Assembly: GCA_964651655.1 (NCBI GenBank) | Contig: CAZYVS010000001.1 | Span: 77,173-141,172 of the forward strand | Direction: 5' to 3' | Origin: an uncultured Candidatus Saccharibacteria bacterium | GTDB taxonomy: Bacteria > Patescibacteriota > Minisyncoccia > Phycocordibacterales > Zambryskibacteraceae | DNA length: 64,000 nt | Shown here: in pieces, positions 19,891 to 29,764 of the stretch | How the letters are laid out: every line of letters starts with the position of its first letter | Numbering within the stretch: the stretch's first letter is position 1 | Translations under genes and position numbers: made by a program | Notes under the pieces: generated by a model | Database searches by the model: none | What the model was told of the DNA's origin: nothing | The model's input: the letters and a program-made list of their open reading frames with translations, nothing else

Positions 19891-20967
19891 TTGACTGCTC
19901 AAACAACAGACGTTGACGCATTCTTAAAAAATATTCCCAATCCTCCATCCATAGATGAGCTGGTGGAAGGACCGGTTATCAGCGTTGATAAGGGCGCGGT
20001 TTATATTGACTTGCCGCCTTTCGGTACCGGTATTATCTACGGCCGCGAATTTATCAACGCCAGAGATATTATCAAAAAAATTAACGTCAATGACATTGTC
20101 GCCGGCAAAATCATCGGCATCGGCGGCAAAGAAGGTTACATTGAAATCTCTCTCAAAGAAGCGCGCCAAGCGCTTATCTGGAGCGAGGCGGAAGAAGCTA
20201 TTCGCGAGAAACGCATCTTTGAATTGTCGGTGACTGATGCCAATAAGGGCGGTCTTATCATTAATTGGCAGGGTCTTTCCGGATTCTTGCCCGCTTCCCA
20301 GCTTAAACCGGAACATTACCCGCGCATTGCCGACGGCGATAAAGACAAAATTCTGGACGAATTGAGAAAATTTGTCGGGGAAAAACTGTCGGTTACTATC
20401 ATCGGCGTCAATCCGAAAGAAGGCAAACTGATTTTTTCCGAGAAAAGTCCGGAAACCAAAGACAAAGAAAACATCGTGGCCCATTACGCGTTAGACGACG
20501 AACTTATTGGAGAAGTCACCGGTCTTGTTGATTTCGGCGTCTTTATAAAACTTGAAGAAGGCTTGGAAGGGTTGGTGCATATTTCGGAAATCGATTGGGG
20601 TCTTGTGGAAAATCCTAAAACGATGTTTAAGATCGGCGAGAAAGTCAGAGTCAAAGTGATTGAAATCAAGGACGATAAAATTTCTCTCTCCATTAAGGCG
20701 CTCAAAGAAAATCCCTGGAAGGAAGCGGAGAAAAAATATAAAAAAGATACTCTGGTCGACGGTGTCATTATCAAATTCAATAAATACGGAGCACTCGCCT
20801 CGATCGAAGAGGGCGTGGCCGGCCTAGTGCATGTTTCCGAATTCGGTTCGGAAGAAAAATTGCGCGAGAAACTTGAAATGGGTAAAGTTTACACCTTCAA
20901 AATAACCCTCTTTGACCCGAAGGAGCAAAAGATGGCCCTCTCTTTCGTCGATAAAAACAAGAACTAG
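19891..20967 (+). CDS. rpsA: 30S ribosomal protein S1, short four-S1-domain form; TTG start
   Basis: Repeated S1 domains (…GEVTGLVDFGVFIKLEEGLEGLVHISEI…). Confidence 0.75.
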   Translation: MTAQTTDVDAFLKNIPNPPSIDELVEGPVISVDKGAVYIDLPPFGTGIIYGREFINARDIIKKINVNDIVAGKIIGIGGKEGYIEISLKEARQALIWSEAEEAIREKRIFELSVTDANKGGLIINWQGLSGFLPASQLKPEHYPRIADGDKDKILDELRKFVGEKLSVTIIGVNPKEGKLIFSEKSPETKDKENIVAHYALDDELIGEVTGLVDFGVFIKLEEGLEGLVHISEIDWGLVENPKTMFKIGEKVRVKVIEIKDDKISLSIKALKENPWKEAEKKYKKDTLVDGVIIKFNKYGALASIEEGVAGLVHVSEFGSEEKLREKLEMGKVYTFKITLFDPKEQKMALSFVDKNKN

Positions 20968-21449
20968 GAATTAAACTTCGTCATGGCACGGGTAAGACCA
21001 CTTTCGACGATTGTTTCTATGGCCTCTTGGACCCGCTTAAAAACTTTTTTTAAAACTTCATACTCTGACTTTTTAAATTCGCTAAGAATATATTTTTCTA
21101 CTTCCACATTCCTGTCTATGCCAATGCGAATACGGATAAATTCCTTAGTCTTGAGAGCTTTAATGATAGATTCCACCCCCTTGTGCCCGCCAGAACCCCT
21201 GTTATAAGAAATTTTTATAGCGCCCAACGGCAGATCAAGATCGTCATAAATAACAATGAGTTTCTTGGCGCTCTTGCCCACCATAGCTTTAGCGACGGCG
21301 CTTCCGGAATTGTTCATGAAAGTGTCAGGTGTCACTACCCTTATCCCTTCAATTTTGCCGGCAATAAAATCCGCTGCCATACGCCCCGTGTTGTGCCGAG
21401 TGCGCGCGTATTCTTCTCCGGAATTGCCCAAACCCACGATGATATACAT
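20964..21449 (-). CDS. pth: peptidyl-tRNA hydrolase
   Basis: MYIIVGLGNSGEEYARTRHNTGRM… matches the Pth N-terminal consensus (GLGNPG.EY..TRHN.G). Confidence 0.85.
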   Translation of the reverse strand: MYIIVGLGNSGEEYARTRHNTGRMAADFIAGKIEGIRVVTPDTFMNNSGSAVAKAMVGKSAKKLIVIYDDLDLPLGAIKISYNRGSGGHKGVESIIKALKTKEFIRIRIGIDRNVEVEKYILSEFKKSEYEVLKKVFKRVQEAIETIVESGLTRAMTKFNS

Positions 21450-21496
21450 AATGCTATTGTGTCAAATCAAATTAGATAATACAATCTTAGTAAATT

Positions 21497-22027
21497 ATGA
21501 ATTCAAAATTTTGGAAAGAGCTGGTGAAATTAATTTTCCTTTCTCTTCTGATAGTCGTACCATTCCGCCTTTACATCGCCCAGCCTTTCATAGTGGAAGG
21601 GTCGTCAATGGACCCAACATTTGAAACGGGAGACTATCTCATTGTTGATGAATTTACCTATCACTTCAAAACTCCGGAACGCGGCTCTGTCCTAATCTTT
21701 AAATATCCCAGAGATCCAAAAAAATCTTTTATTAAACGCGTGATTGGTCTGCCGGGCGAAAAGGTATCAATCTCAAATGGACAAATTACCATTGTAAACA
21801 CCGAACACCCTGAAGGATTCAGCCTCGATGAACCATATGTGAAATTAGTCAAGAAAGACAGCGCGGATTATATTATTGGCGAAGATGAATATTTTGTTTT
21901 GGGAGATAATCGTCTTGCCAGCGCCGATTCGCGAATCTGGGGTCCCGTGCCCAAGGTTAATCTTGTGGGCCGACCGATTATCCGTTTTTTCCCTCCGACA
22001 CTTTTCCCGGGTGATAATTCTAAATGA
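21497..22027 (+). CDS. lepB: signal peptidase I
   Basis: GSSMDPTF (Ser nucleophile box) and GDNRLASADSRIWGPV. Confidence 0.85.
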   Translation: MNSKFWKELVKLIFLSLLIVVPFRLYIAQPFIVEGSSMDPTFETGDYLIVDEFTYHFKTPERGSVLIFKYPRDPKKSFIKRVIGLPGEKVSISNGQITIVNTEHPEGFSLDEPYVKLVKKDSADYIIGEDEYFVLGDNRLASADSRIWGPVPKVNLVGRPIIRFFPPTLFPGDNSK

Positions 22028-23181
22028 TATCAAAACAACGCCTACGATCGGAAAAGGAGTTGGATAAATTTGATAGAGCTCTTGTCGTTGCCGCCTATTT
22101 TGGGTTTCTTCCCATTGTAGCGCCTAAAATCATCAAACGTGATATTGAATTAACCAAACATTGCGGAAACCATCCATATTATGATGCGGCCGAGAAGGCC
22201 TCAATCATGCGCACATATCTGGAAGAAGATCTCGCTTCCAGACCTCATCCATTTGCTCTGGTCTATAAGAAACACGCTTCGAGGAAAAAATTTGGCAATT
22301 ACGCTCTTCACTTTATTGGCTCGCCTTCGGGAGTGGCGGAAGCGACTCTTATGCGCGCCACGCTCTCCATTCTATCGGAAGAAGGATATAAAAATGTAAG
22401 CGTAGAAATAAACTGCATCGGCGATCGGGAGTCTATCAACGCATACGAACGGGAGCTGATAAACCATGTACGCAAATTCGGAACAAACTTATCGGATGAG
22501 TGGAGACAAAATCTAAAAGAAGACATTTTTAATATTTTTAGACTCGAAACACCGGAAGCCCTGGAGCTTGTTAAATCAGCCCCTTCCTCAATTAATTTTC
22601 TTTCTTTGCCAAGCCGAGTCTATTTTAAAGAAGTGCTTGAATATATTGAAGCCCTTGGCATAGATTTCCGCCTCACACCGGCGCTTGTGGGAGAGAAAAA
22701 TCACGCTTCCCACACTATTTTTGCCATTAGAAACATCGAAAATAAAAATACCAATACTTTGGCTGTCGGCTATCGTTACTCGCGGCTGTCGCGTTTCTTT
22801 GGATTAAGGAAAGAAGTTCCGATGGCCGGAGTAAGCATCTTTTTGACCTCAGCCGGCAATGTTGTTCAAAAACGCTTCTATAAGAAACTGCCCCAACCGA
22901 AATTTTATCTGGTTCAATTGGGCAAAGAGGCGAAAATTAAGACTCTCTCGCTCGTAGAACTTTTACGCGTTCATCGGATTCCACTGCACCACTTTATCGG
23001 CAAAGACAAAATTACCGCCCAACTTTCAAACGCCGAAAATTTGCGCGTTCCCTATCTCATAATAATCGGCCAGAAAGAAGCTCTTGACAACACCGCCACA
23101 ATCAGAAATGTCAGCACGCGGGCTCAAGACACGGTCAAAATAGCCGACCTTCCGCGTTATCTAAAAAATATTACGCTCTAA
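22024..23181 (+). CDS. histidyl-tRNA synthetase-like protein (divergent HisS/HisZ family)
   Basis: HisRS-like FIGSPSGVAEATLMRATLSILSEEG and AVGYRYSRL (motif-3 region GGRYD-like). C-terminal class II anticodon-binding domain (VPYLIIIGQKEALDNTATIRNV). The motif 2 region is degenerate. Confidence 0.5.
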   Translation: MISKQRLRSEKELDKFDRALVVAAYFGFLPIVAPKIIKRDIELTKHCGNHPYYDAAEKASIMRTYLEEDLASRPHPFALVYKKHASRKKFGNYALHFIGSPSGVAEATLMRATLSILSEEGYKNVSVEINCIGDRESINAYERELINHVRKFGTNLSDEWRQNLKEDIFNIFRLETPEALELVKSAPSSINFLSLPSRVYFKEVLEYIEALGIDFRLTPALVGEKNHASHTIFAIRNIENKNTNTLAVGYRYSRLSRFFGLRKEVPMAGVSIFLTSAGNVVQKRFYKKLPQPKFYLVQLGKEAKIKTLSLVELLRVHRIPLHHFIGKDKITAQLSNAENLRVPYLIIIGQKEALDNTATIRNVSTRAQDTVKIADLPRYLKNITL

Positions 23182-23719
23182 CTTTCGTCTTAAGATACTT
23201 CAGCATTGTTTCGGCGTCGCTCACTGTAAACGGGTCGCCCGAACAGTTATCTACAAATCCCGGCTCTATGAACATTTTCTTGATTTTCCCGTCTTCCACA
23301 TACATACTGTAACGCCAAGAACGCTTGCCGAAACCGAGATTATCTTTCTTGACAAGCATGCCCATTTTTTCAGTAAACAAACCGGAACCGTCGGGCAGAA
23401 ATTTTACATTCTTGACTCCTTGTATTTTACCCCATTGAAACATGACAAAAGCGTCGTTGACGGAAAGACAGATAACTTCATCAATACCAAGTTTTTTGAA
23501 TTTGGCATAATTTTTTTCATAGCCCGGGAGATGGGTGGAGGAACAGATTGGCGTAAAGGCGCCAGGAAGCGAAAACAGGACAATCTTCTTACCGCCGAAG
23601 ATTGCGTCGCTTGTAACATTCTGCCAGCGAAAAGGATTTGGACCTTTAATCTTTGCATCTCTGACACGAGTTTTAAAAACTACTTGGGGTACCTGTTTGG
23701 GTGTTTTCATGTCTAGCAT
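23171..23719 (-). CDS. peroxiredoxin (Prx5/type II, AhpC/TSA fold)
   Basis: FSLPGAFTPICSSTHLPGY (peroxidatic Cys context). Confidence 0.85.
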   Translation of the reverse strand: MLDMKTPKQVPQVVFKTRVRDAKIKGPNPFRWQNVTSDAIFGGKKIVLFSLPGAFTPICSSTHLPGYEKNYAKFKKLGIDEVICLSVNDAFVMFQWGKIQGVKNVKFLPDGSGLFTEKMGMLVKKDNLGFGKRSWRYSMYVEDGKIKKMFIEPGFVDNCSGDPFTVSDAETMLKYLKTKVRA

Positions 23720-23740
23720 TATAAACTAAAACGTGTTAGA

Positions 23741-24013
23741 GTGGCAAACGCGATGCAAACAATGATAAACGTGGAGATTGTAAAAGGGGCGAATGAAAAT
23801 AATTTGAGCGCGCTTAGACGCTTTACTAAACGCGTGCAATCATCAGGGGTTTTGCCGAGGGTCCGCTCCAAACGCTACGCTCAACAAATCCCCTCTCGCA
23901 ACACCAGACATGCGAAACGTATCAATTTTCTTAAAAAGAAAGAGGTCATGGCCGAGCTTCTTAAACTTGGCAAATTAAGCGAAGTCAGTAAATTTACCCG
24001 CCGCCGCAGATAG
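23741..24013 (+). CDS. rpsU: 30S ribosomal protein S21 (GTG start or downstream Met)
   Basis: …NLSALRRFTKRVQSSGVLPRVRSKRYAQ…RHAKR… matches the S21 consensus. Confidence 0.75.
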   Translation: MANAMQTMINVEIVKGANENNLSALRRFTKRVQSSGVLPRVRSKRYAQQIPSRNTRHAKRINFLKKKEVMAELLKLGKLSEVSKFTRRRR

Positions 24014-24029
24014 TGTAGGAATTTACAAT

Positions 24030-24389
24030 TTGCAATTTTCAATTAAAAATACGACACGGAAAAAGATTCCCGGGGTTCCATTTAAAAAGATTAAAGAACA
24101 AGTGCTGGGCAAAAAATATGAGCTATCACTGGTCTTTTGCGACAACGCGCTCTCCCGCAAACTAAATTCAACCTACCGTCAAAAAGATAGGGCAACCAAC
24201 GTCCTCTCTTTTGAAATTTCGTCCAATTCCGGAGAAATTTTCATAAACCTCTCACAGACAAAAATTTTTTCCGCTGAAAAACTCTTTATCCACGGCCTCT
24301 TGCATTTGAAAGGAATGGAACACGGAGATACAATGGAGCAGACAGAAAAAAAATTATTACATGGCGCGTCAAATCGTAGTCGGCATTGA
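24030..24389 (+). CDS. ybeY: endoribonuclease YbeY
   Basis: HGLLHLKGMEHGD (H-x-x-x-H-x-x-x-x-x-H zinc motif). Confidence 0.8.
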   Translation: MQFSIKNTTRKKIPGVPFKKIKEQVLGKKYELSLVFCDNALSRKLNSTYRQKDRATNVLSFEISSNSGEIFINLSQTKIFSAEKLFIHGLLHLKGMEHGDTMEQTEKKLLHGASNRSRH

Positions 24390-25563
24390 TATAGGAACTT
24401 CTTGGACCAAGGTCATTATTGCCGAGGGGATAGTTGAGCATGAGCATTTGGCGCTAAAGATTGTCGGCACCGGCTCGAGCGAATCGAGGGGTGTTTGTCG
24501 AGGTTATATTGACAATCCGGACGAAACGGCCAGAAGCATCAAGTTAGCCGTTGAACGAGCTGAAAAGGTTGCCGGTATAAAGGTCAAGCGCGCCTATGTT
24601 TCTTTTGGCGGCGTTGGTCTTGGCAGCGCGATAGCCAATGGTTCGGTGGTTATATCCAAAGCGGATCTCGAGGTAACCGATAGAGATATCTCATCGGCGT
24701 TGGAGGCGGCCGAGGCCGCTATCCCGAAAGCCGTTTCTATTAATAGAAAAATTATCAACACGGTTCCGATTGAATATAAAATAGACGGACAAACTGTCTG
24801 GGGGCAAGCCGTAGGACTGAAGGCGGAAAAACTTGAAGTGAAAGCTCTTTTCATCACCTGTTTGGAACATCATCTTAATACCCTGATAAGCACTGTTGAA
24901 ATGATTGGCATAGAAGTGGCGGATGTGGTGGCGGCGCCGGTCGCTCTTAGTTTTGTCACTCTTTCTAAAAAACAAAAGCGGGTCGGCTGTCTTTTGATCG
25001 ATATCGGAGCCGAAACGTTATCCATGGTCGTTTTTGAAAACAATAATTTAATCTCATTGGAGGTCTTTCCCGTCGGCGGCGGCGATATCACTAATGACAT
25101 CGCCCTGGGATTGAAAGTTGCGCCCGAGGAAGCCGAGAATATTAAAGTCGGTTCGGACAGAAGACTGACGTATCCGAAAAAGAAGCTTGAGGATATTATC
25201 AAATCGCGATTGAATGATTATTTTGATCTCATTGAAACGCATCTGAAATCAATCGGCCGAAACGCCCTCTTGCCGGCGGGCATTATTATCGCCGGCGGCG
25301 TCGCGTCCACACCGGAGATAAAAAATCTGGCAGAAAATGCTCTCAAACTTCCATCTCAATTGGCAGAAGTATATTTTGGAAATACGACGGAGGGAAAAAT
25401 TAAGGATCGCACTTGGGCTGTGGCCTGCGGTCTTTTGGTAGTCGGATTCAACGGTGAGGGTGTCGGACACTCTTTAGGAATTCGAAACGGTTCTCTGATT
25501 AAAGAAGGCGGCCTGCGTTGGAGTAGAGCCGTGTCGCGTTGGATTTCCCAATTTTTGCCCTAA
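24361..25563 (+). CDS. ftsA: cell division protein FtsA
   Basis: VVGIDIGTSWTKVIIAEG…, actin-like ATPase. Immediately upstream of ftsZ. Confidence 0.9.
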   Translation: MARQIVVGIDIGTSWTKVIIAEGIVEHEHLALKIVGTGSSESRGVCRGYIDNPDETARSIKLAVERAEKVAGIKVKRAYVSFGGVGLGSAIANGSVVISKADLEVTDRDISSALEAAEAAIPKAVSINRKIINTVPIEYKIDGQTVWGQAVGLKAEKLEVKALFITCLEHHLNTLISTVEMIGIEVADVVAAPVALSFVTLSKKQKRVGCLLIDIGAETLSMVVFENNNLISLEVFPVGGGDITNDIALGLKVAPEEAENIKVGSDRRLTYPKKKLEDIIKSRLNDYFDLIETHLKSIGRNALLPAGIIIAGGVASTPEIKNLAENALKLPSQLAEVYFGNTTEGKIKDRTWAVACGLLVVGFNGEGVGHSLGIRNGSLIKEGGLRWSRAVSRWISQFLP

Positions 25564-25653
25564 AACGAGAAGACACAACTTAAATTAAGTCAACTACTTT
25601 CATTTTAATTCTCTTCTGGTAAGATGGACGCATCTAAAAATTAATTCAAGAGT

Positions 25654-26871
25654 ATGCCGCAAATCAAACCAGAAGTAGAGTCGTTTGCCCGAATTAAAGT
25701 CATTGGTATAGGCGGTTCCGGTAAAAACACCGTTAATCACATGATTAACTCCAAGGTCAGGGGCGTTGACTTCATAGCGGCCAACACGGATGTTCAGGAC
25801 CTGCATCACTCGCTAGCCAAAAAGAAAATTCATATCGGCAAGAACTTAACTCGTGGCCTCGGTACCGGCATGAATCCAGAACTTGGCAAACGCGCTGTTG
25901 AAGAAACAAAAGAAGAAATTCAGGAAGCAATCAAAGGGGCCGATATGGTTTTTATCGCCGGAGGTATGGGAGGAGGAACAGCTTCCGGCGCCGCGCCCGT
26001 TGTCGCTCGCACGGCCAAAGAGAATGGATGCTTGACGGTGGCGGTCGTGACTAAACCGTTCTTTTTCGAAGGCACGCAGAGAATGAAAATCGCGGAAACG
26101 GCTATTGAAGAACTGAAACAGGCGGTTGACGCTCTCATTATTATTCCAAATGACCGTTTGCTTCAAACTGTAGAAAAAGACATTACGGCTAAAAATGCTT
26201 TTGCTATTTGCGACAATATTTTAAGAGAAGCGGTCGAGGGTATTTCCGATCTTATCACCACTCCCGGCATTATTAATATTGATTTCGCGGATATTCGTTC
26301 GGTGATGGAGAATGCCGGGGCGGCGTTGATGGGCATCGGTTCCGCTTCGGGGGATAATCGGGCCGTGGATGCCGCCAGATTGGCTATTTCCTCCCCTCTT
26401 CTTGAAATATCAATCAACGGCGCCAAGGGCGTGCTCTTCTCAATAGCCGGCGGAGATGACGTCACTATGTTTGAAATTCAAGACGCCGCCAAGGTTATCA
26501 CCGAATCCGTAGACCATAATGCAAAAATTATTTTCGGTACGGTGCGGGACGATAAACTTAAAAAGGGCGAGTTGAAAATTACCGTTATTGCTTCAAACTT
26601 CTCCGATAATTATTCAAGAAAAGCGACCTCGCTCTTTCAAACTTTCGGTCGTAGCGACGAACCGGGCGGTAAAGAATCGCCAACCACGCCCGCGCACGGA
26701 CAGGTTGGCAAAATATTCAACACCGCCGTCCCTCCATCGCGCAAAGAAATTCATAAGCCGATAACGGAAGATAGAAAAACCGACAATAGGCCAACTCCAC
26801 CGCCGATAGAAAATAACGACGACGATTGGAGCGCCGTGCCGGCATTTCTCAGACGGTCAAAATTGAAGTAG
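25654..26871 (+). CDS. ftsZ: cell division GTPase FtsZ
   Basis: IKVIGIGGSGKNTVNHM… and GGMGGGTASGAAPV (tubulin signature). Confidence 0.95.
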   Translation: MPQIKPEVESFARIKVIGIGGSGKNTVNHMINSKVRGVDFIAANTDVQDLHHSLAKKKIHIGKNLTRGLGTGMNPELGKRAVEETKEEIQEAIKGADMVFIAGGMGGGTASGAAPVVARTAKENGCLTVAVVTKPFFFEGTQRMKIAETAIEELKQAVDALIIIPNDRLLQTVEKDITAKNAFAICDNILREAVEGISDLITTPGIINIDFADIRSVMENAGAALMGIGSASGDNRAVDAARLAISSPLLEISINGAKGVLFSIAGGDDVTMFEIQDAAKVITESVDHNAKIIFGTVRDDKLKKGELKITVIASNFSDNYSRKATSLFQTFGRSDEPGGKESPTTPAHGQVGKIFNTAVPPSRKEIHKPITEDRKTDNRPTPPPIENNDDDWSAVPAFLRRSKLK

Positions 26872-26880
26872 AATGGCAGA

Positions 26881-27819
26881 ATGTTTGATTTAATTATTAT
26901 CGGCGGCGGTCCCGCCGGCGCAGCCGCCGGTGTTTACGCGGCTCGCAAACGGCTCAAAACAATTTTAATCACCGAATCTTTCGGCGGACAGAGCACCGTA
27001 TCGGTCAATATTGAAAATTGGATTGGAACCAAAAGTATTTCCGGCGCCGATCTCGGCAGGGCGTTTGAAGAACACTTGCGTTCATCTGCCGGAGATTCGG
27101 TAGAAATAAAAACCGGAGACAAAGTAACTAACGTTGTCCAATCGGATGGCGCCCTTAAGGTAACCGCGGGAAACGACTCGTATACGGCAAGAACCGTGCT
27201 TATTACCACCGGCAGCGCGAGGAGAAAACTGGAAATTCCCGGCGCCAAAGAATTTGAAAATAAGGGTATTGTTTACTGCGCTTCTTGCGACGGACCCTTG
27301 TTTGCCGGCCAAGATGTGGCCGTGATCGGCGGCGGCAATGCCGCTTTTGAAACAGCCGCTCAACTTCTTGCTTATACCAAATCAGTGACTCTTCTTGTTC
27401 GTAGCGATAAGTTCAAAGCGGATGAAGTGACAGTGCAAAAAGTGCTTTCTCATCCAAATATGAAAGTTGTTAAAAATGCGGTACCTAAAGAAATTAAAGG
27501 TCGACCCCTCGACAAGCTCGGGGCAAGTAAATTTGTAAGCTCGCTTGTTTACGAGGCAGAAGGAGTGGAAAAAGAAATTCCCGTTACTGGGATATTCGTT
27601 GAAATCGGTTTGATTCCTACTACTGATTTTATCAAAGAGCTAATTTCTCTGAATAAATACGGGCAAATTCCGATTGACCCGAAAACTCAAAGAACAAAGA
27701 TAGACGGCATCTGGGCCGCCGGAGATTCTACAGACGGTTTGTATCATCAAAACAATATTGCCGCCGGCGATGCGGTCAAAGCGCTGGAAGATATTTACTT
27801 ATATTTGCACGCCAAGTAA
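26881..27819 (+). CDS. trxB: thioredoxin-disulfide reductase
   Basis: IIIGGGPAGAAAGVYAAR, CASCDGP (redox-active CxxC), GGGNAA. Confidence 0.9.
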   Translation: MFDLIIIGGGPAGAAAGVYAARKRLKTILITESFGGQSTVSVNIENWIGTKSISGADLGRAFEEHLRSSAGDSVEIKTGDKVTNVVQSDGALKVTAGNDSYTARTVLITTGSARRKLEIPGAKEFENKGIVYCASCDGPLFAGQDVAVIGGGNAAFETAAQLLAYTKSVTLLVRSDKFKADEVTVQKVLSHPNMKVVKNAVPKEIKGRPLDKLGASKFVSSLVYEAEGVEKEIPVTGIFVEIGLIPTTDFIKELISLNKYGQIPIDPKTQRTKIDGIWAAGDSTDGLYHQNNIAAGDAVKALEDIYLYLHAK

Positions 27820-27837
27820 ACCAGTTGGACATGACTT

Positions 27838-29763
27838 TTAGTATTTACACCGCTTAAGATACGCAAGCAAGTCCGCTAATTTGATGGTCGCCGCTCCCAC
27901 TACTTGATCGGCGCCTCCATAGTAGACAAAAATTTTGTCTCCGATGAGAACGGCCCCGCAAGGAAAAACGACGTTGGGAGTTTGTCCTTCTTTTTCATAC
28001 GGCATTTCAGGTTCCAGAAGCGGCTCATCTGAACGGCCGATAATTTTTATCGGGTCATTCAAATCAAGCAGAAGCGCGCCGACTCGATAAGAATTATCTT
28101 CTTCGGAAATTCCATGATAAAAAAGAATCCAGCCGTCTTCGGTTTTGATCGGCGGCGCGGCTATGCCGACTTTTTTACTATCCCACATTCCTTTTCTTGG
28201 AGTCACCCAGCGCTGTTCCTCAAGCCAAGCATTATTACTCGCAAAATCTAAAGTTGGAGAAAAGGCAAAATCAATATCATTCCCGACGCGGTGAACAATG
28301 AGATATTTTCCTTTAAACTTTTTAGGGAAGAGGCAGGCGTCTTTGTCGTCCAAATCAGGCGGCGAGATAAGAATAGGTTTTGACCAGTCCCATTTTTTCT
28401 TCAAAAATTTTTCAGCCGTAATCCAAGTCAAAGCCACTCGCGGAGGATTTTTACCGTCAAAAGCGGTGTAGAGCATATAAATTTTGTCGCCGATCTTGGT
28501 AAGCCTGGGATCTTCACAGCCGGAATTTCCGCCGGGCATCAATTTTTGTTCAAAGGGCTCGCGAGGAATATAAATTGGTTCCGGCAAACGTTCGTCAATG
28601 TGAAATCCGTCTTTGCTTGCGGCGTAACCGAAGACCGAAATATTGTCTTCGGACATCGCTCTATACACAATGTGAACCTTGCCGTCCAAACAAATGGCGC
28701 CGGGATTAAACGTCGTTTCAGCTTCCCACGGGCGGTTTTTCTTGGCGGTAATAATCGGATTTTCTTTCGCGCGAATGAGTTTAATGGAATTTCCGCCGCC
28801 CAAAAGTTTTTCCATTAAAATAGGAAGGTTAATAAAAGCAAGACAGCAAGTAGTATCAGCCGCGCCGTAATAAAGATGAATAATGTTTTCTTTTAAAATC
28901 GCGCCGGAAGGAAAAATAACATCGGGTACCAGGCCGATTCTTTCATAGTATTCTTCAGGAGTTAAAAGCGGCGCTTGGGCGCGGCCGATAATTTTAAGCG
29001 GGTCATGAAGGTCAAGAAGAACCGCCTCAATGGTAAAAAGCCGTTCTCTGGAGAAATAATTTCTAATATAAGAGTAGAGTAAAAGCCAACCGTGTTTAGT
29101 TTTTATGGGCGGCGCACCAACTTCAACATGATCTTGGGGCCGGCGCTGGAGCGGCAATGAATATTTTTCAAAATTTTTATACCACCTATTCCAATATGTT
29201 TCCGACCATAAATCATTTTCCTTTTCAAAAGAAGCGAGACAAATCTTTGCCGGTAGTTTATCGGTGTTGATTGTGAGCACCGCCCACATTTTCTTCCCGC
29301 CCATCTTTTCCGGAAAAAGCGCCATGGCTTTGGCGTTGAAAGGAGTAATAAGATGTTTTTCGTCAACTGTTTTTAAGTCCTTGCTTATGGCCAGGCCTAT
29401 TTTAATTCCTTCAGCTCTCGGCGGCCAAGCGGAAAGCGCCGTGTAGAAAATATAATATTTATTATTGAGTTTAGTAATCCTCGGATCTTCGCAGCCGAAT
29501 CTTTCCCATAATTCTTCGGACACGATAAAGTGTCGGCGATTTGAAAAATGAATTCCATCTTTGCTTTGGGCCATACCGATGTCCGAAACCATTAACTTTG
29601 TCTGGGCAAGAGCGTGATAATGCGGCAAAGAAAGAGCGCGGTAAAGAAGATAAATTTCTTCTCCTTTCTTGACTGGACAACCGTTAAAAACCGCCTGCGC
29701 TTCCCAGGATTGATCCTTGTTTGGTTTGAGTATCGGATTTTTATCAGAACGTTCAACAAACAT
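27838..29763 (-). CDS. GH130-family glycoside phosphorylase/hydrolase, tandem double-domain fusion
   Basis: Two consecutive GH130 (DUF377) units. The …FNPG/FNGC…YR(A/M)…S.DG.HF motif occurs twice (~aa 20-320 and ~330-640). Confidence 0.7.
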   Translation of the reverse strand: MFVERSDKNPILKPNKDQSWEAQAVFNGCPVKKGEEIYLLYRALSLPHYHALAQTKLMVSDIGMAQSKDGIHFSNRRHFIVSEELWERFGCEDPRITKLNNKYYIFYTALSAWPPRAEGIKIGLAISKDLKTVDEKHLITPFNAKAMALFPEKMGGKKMWAVLTINTDKLPAKICLASFEKENDLWSETYWNRWYKNFEKYSLPLQRRPQDHVEVGAPPIKTKHGWLLLYSYIRNYFSRERLFTIEAVLLDLHDPLKIIGRAQAPLLTPEEYYERIGLVPDVIFPSGAILKENIIHLYYGAADTTCCLAFINLPILMEKLLGGGNSIKLIRAKENPIITAKKNRPWEAETTFNPGAICLDGKVHIVYRAMSEDNISVFGYAASKDGFHIDERLPEPIYIPREPFEQKLMPGGNSGCEDPRLTKIGDKIYMLYTAFDGKNPPRVALTWITAEKFLKKKWDWSKPILISPPDLDDKDACLFPKKFKGKYLIVHRVGNDIDFAFSPTLDFASNNAWLEEQRWVTPRKGMWDSKKVGIAAPPIKTEDGWILFYHGISEEDNSYRVGALLLDLNDPIKIIGRSDEPLLEPEMPYEKEGQTPNVVFPCGAVLIGDKIFVYYGGADQVVGAATIKLADLLAYLKRCKY

Positions 29764-29764
29764 A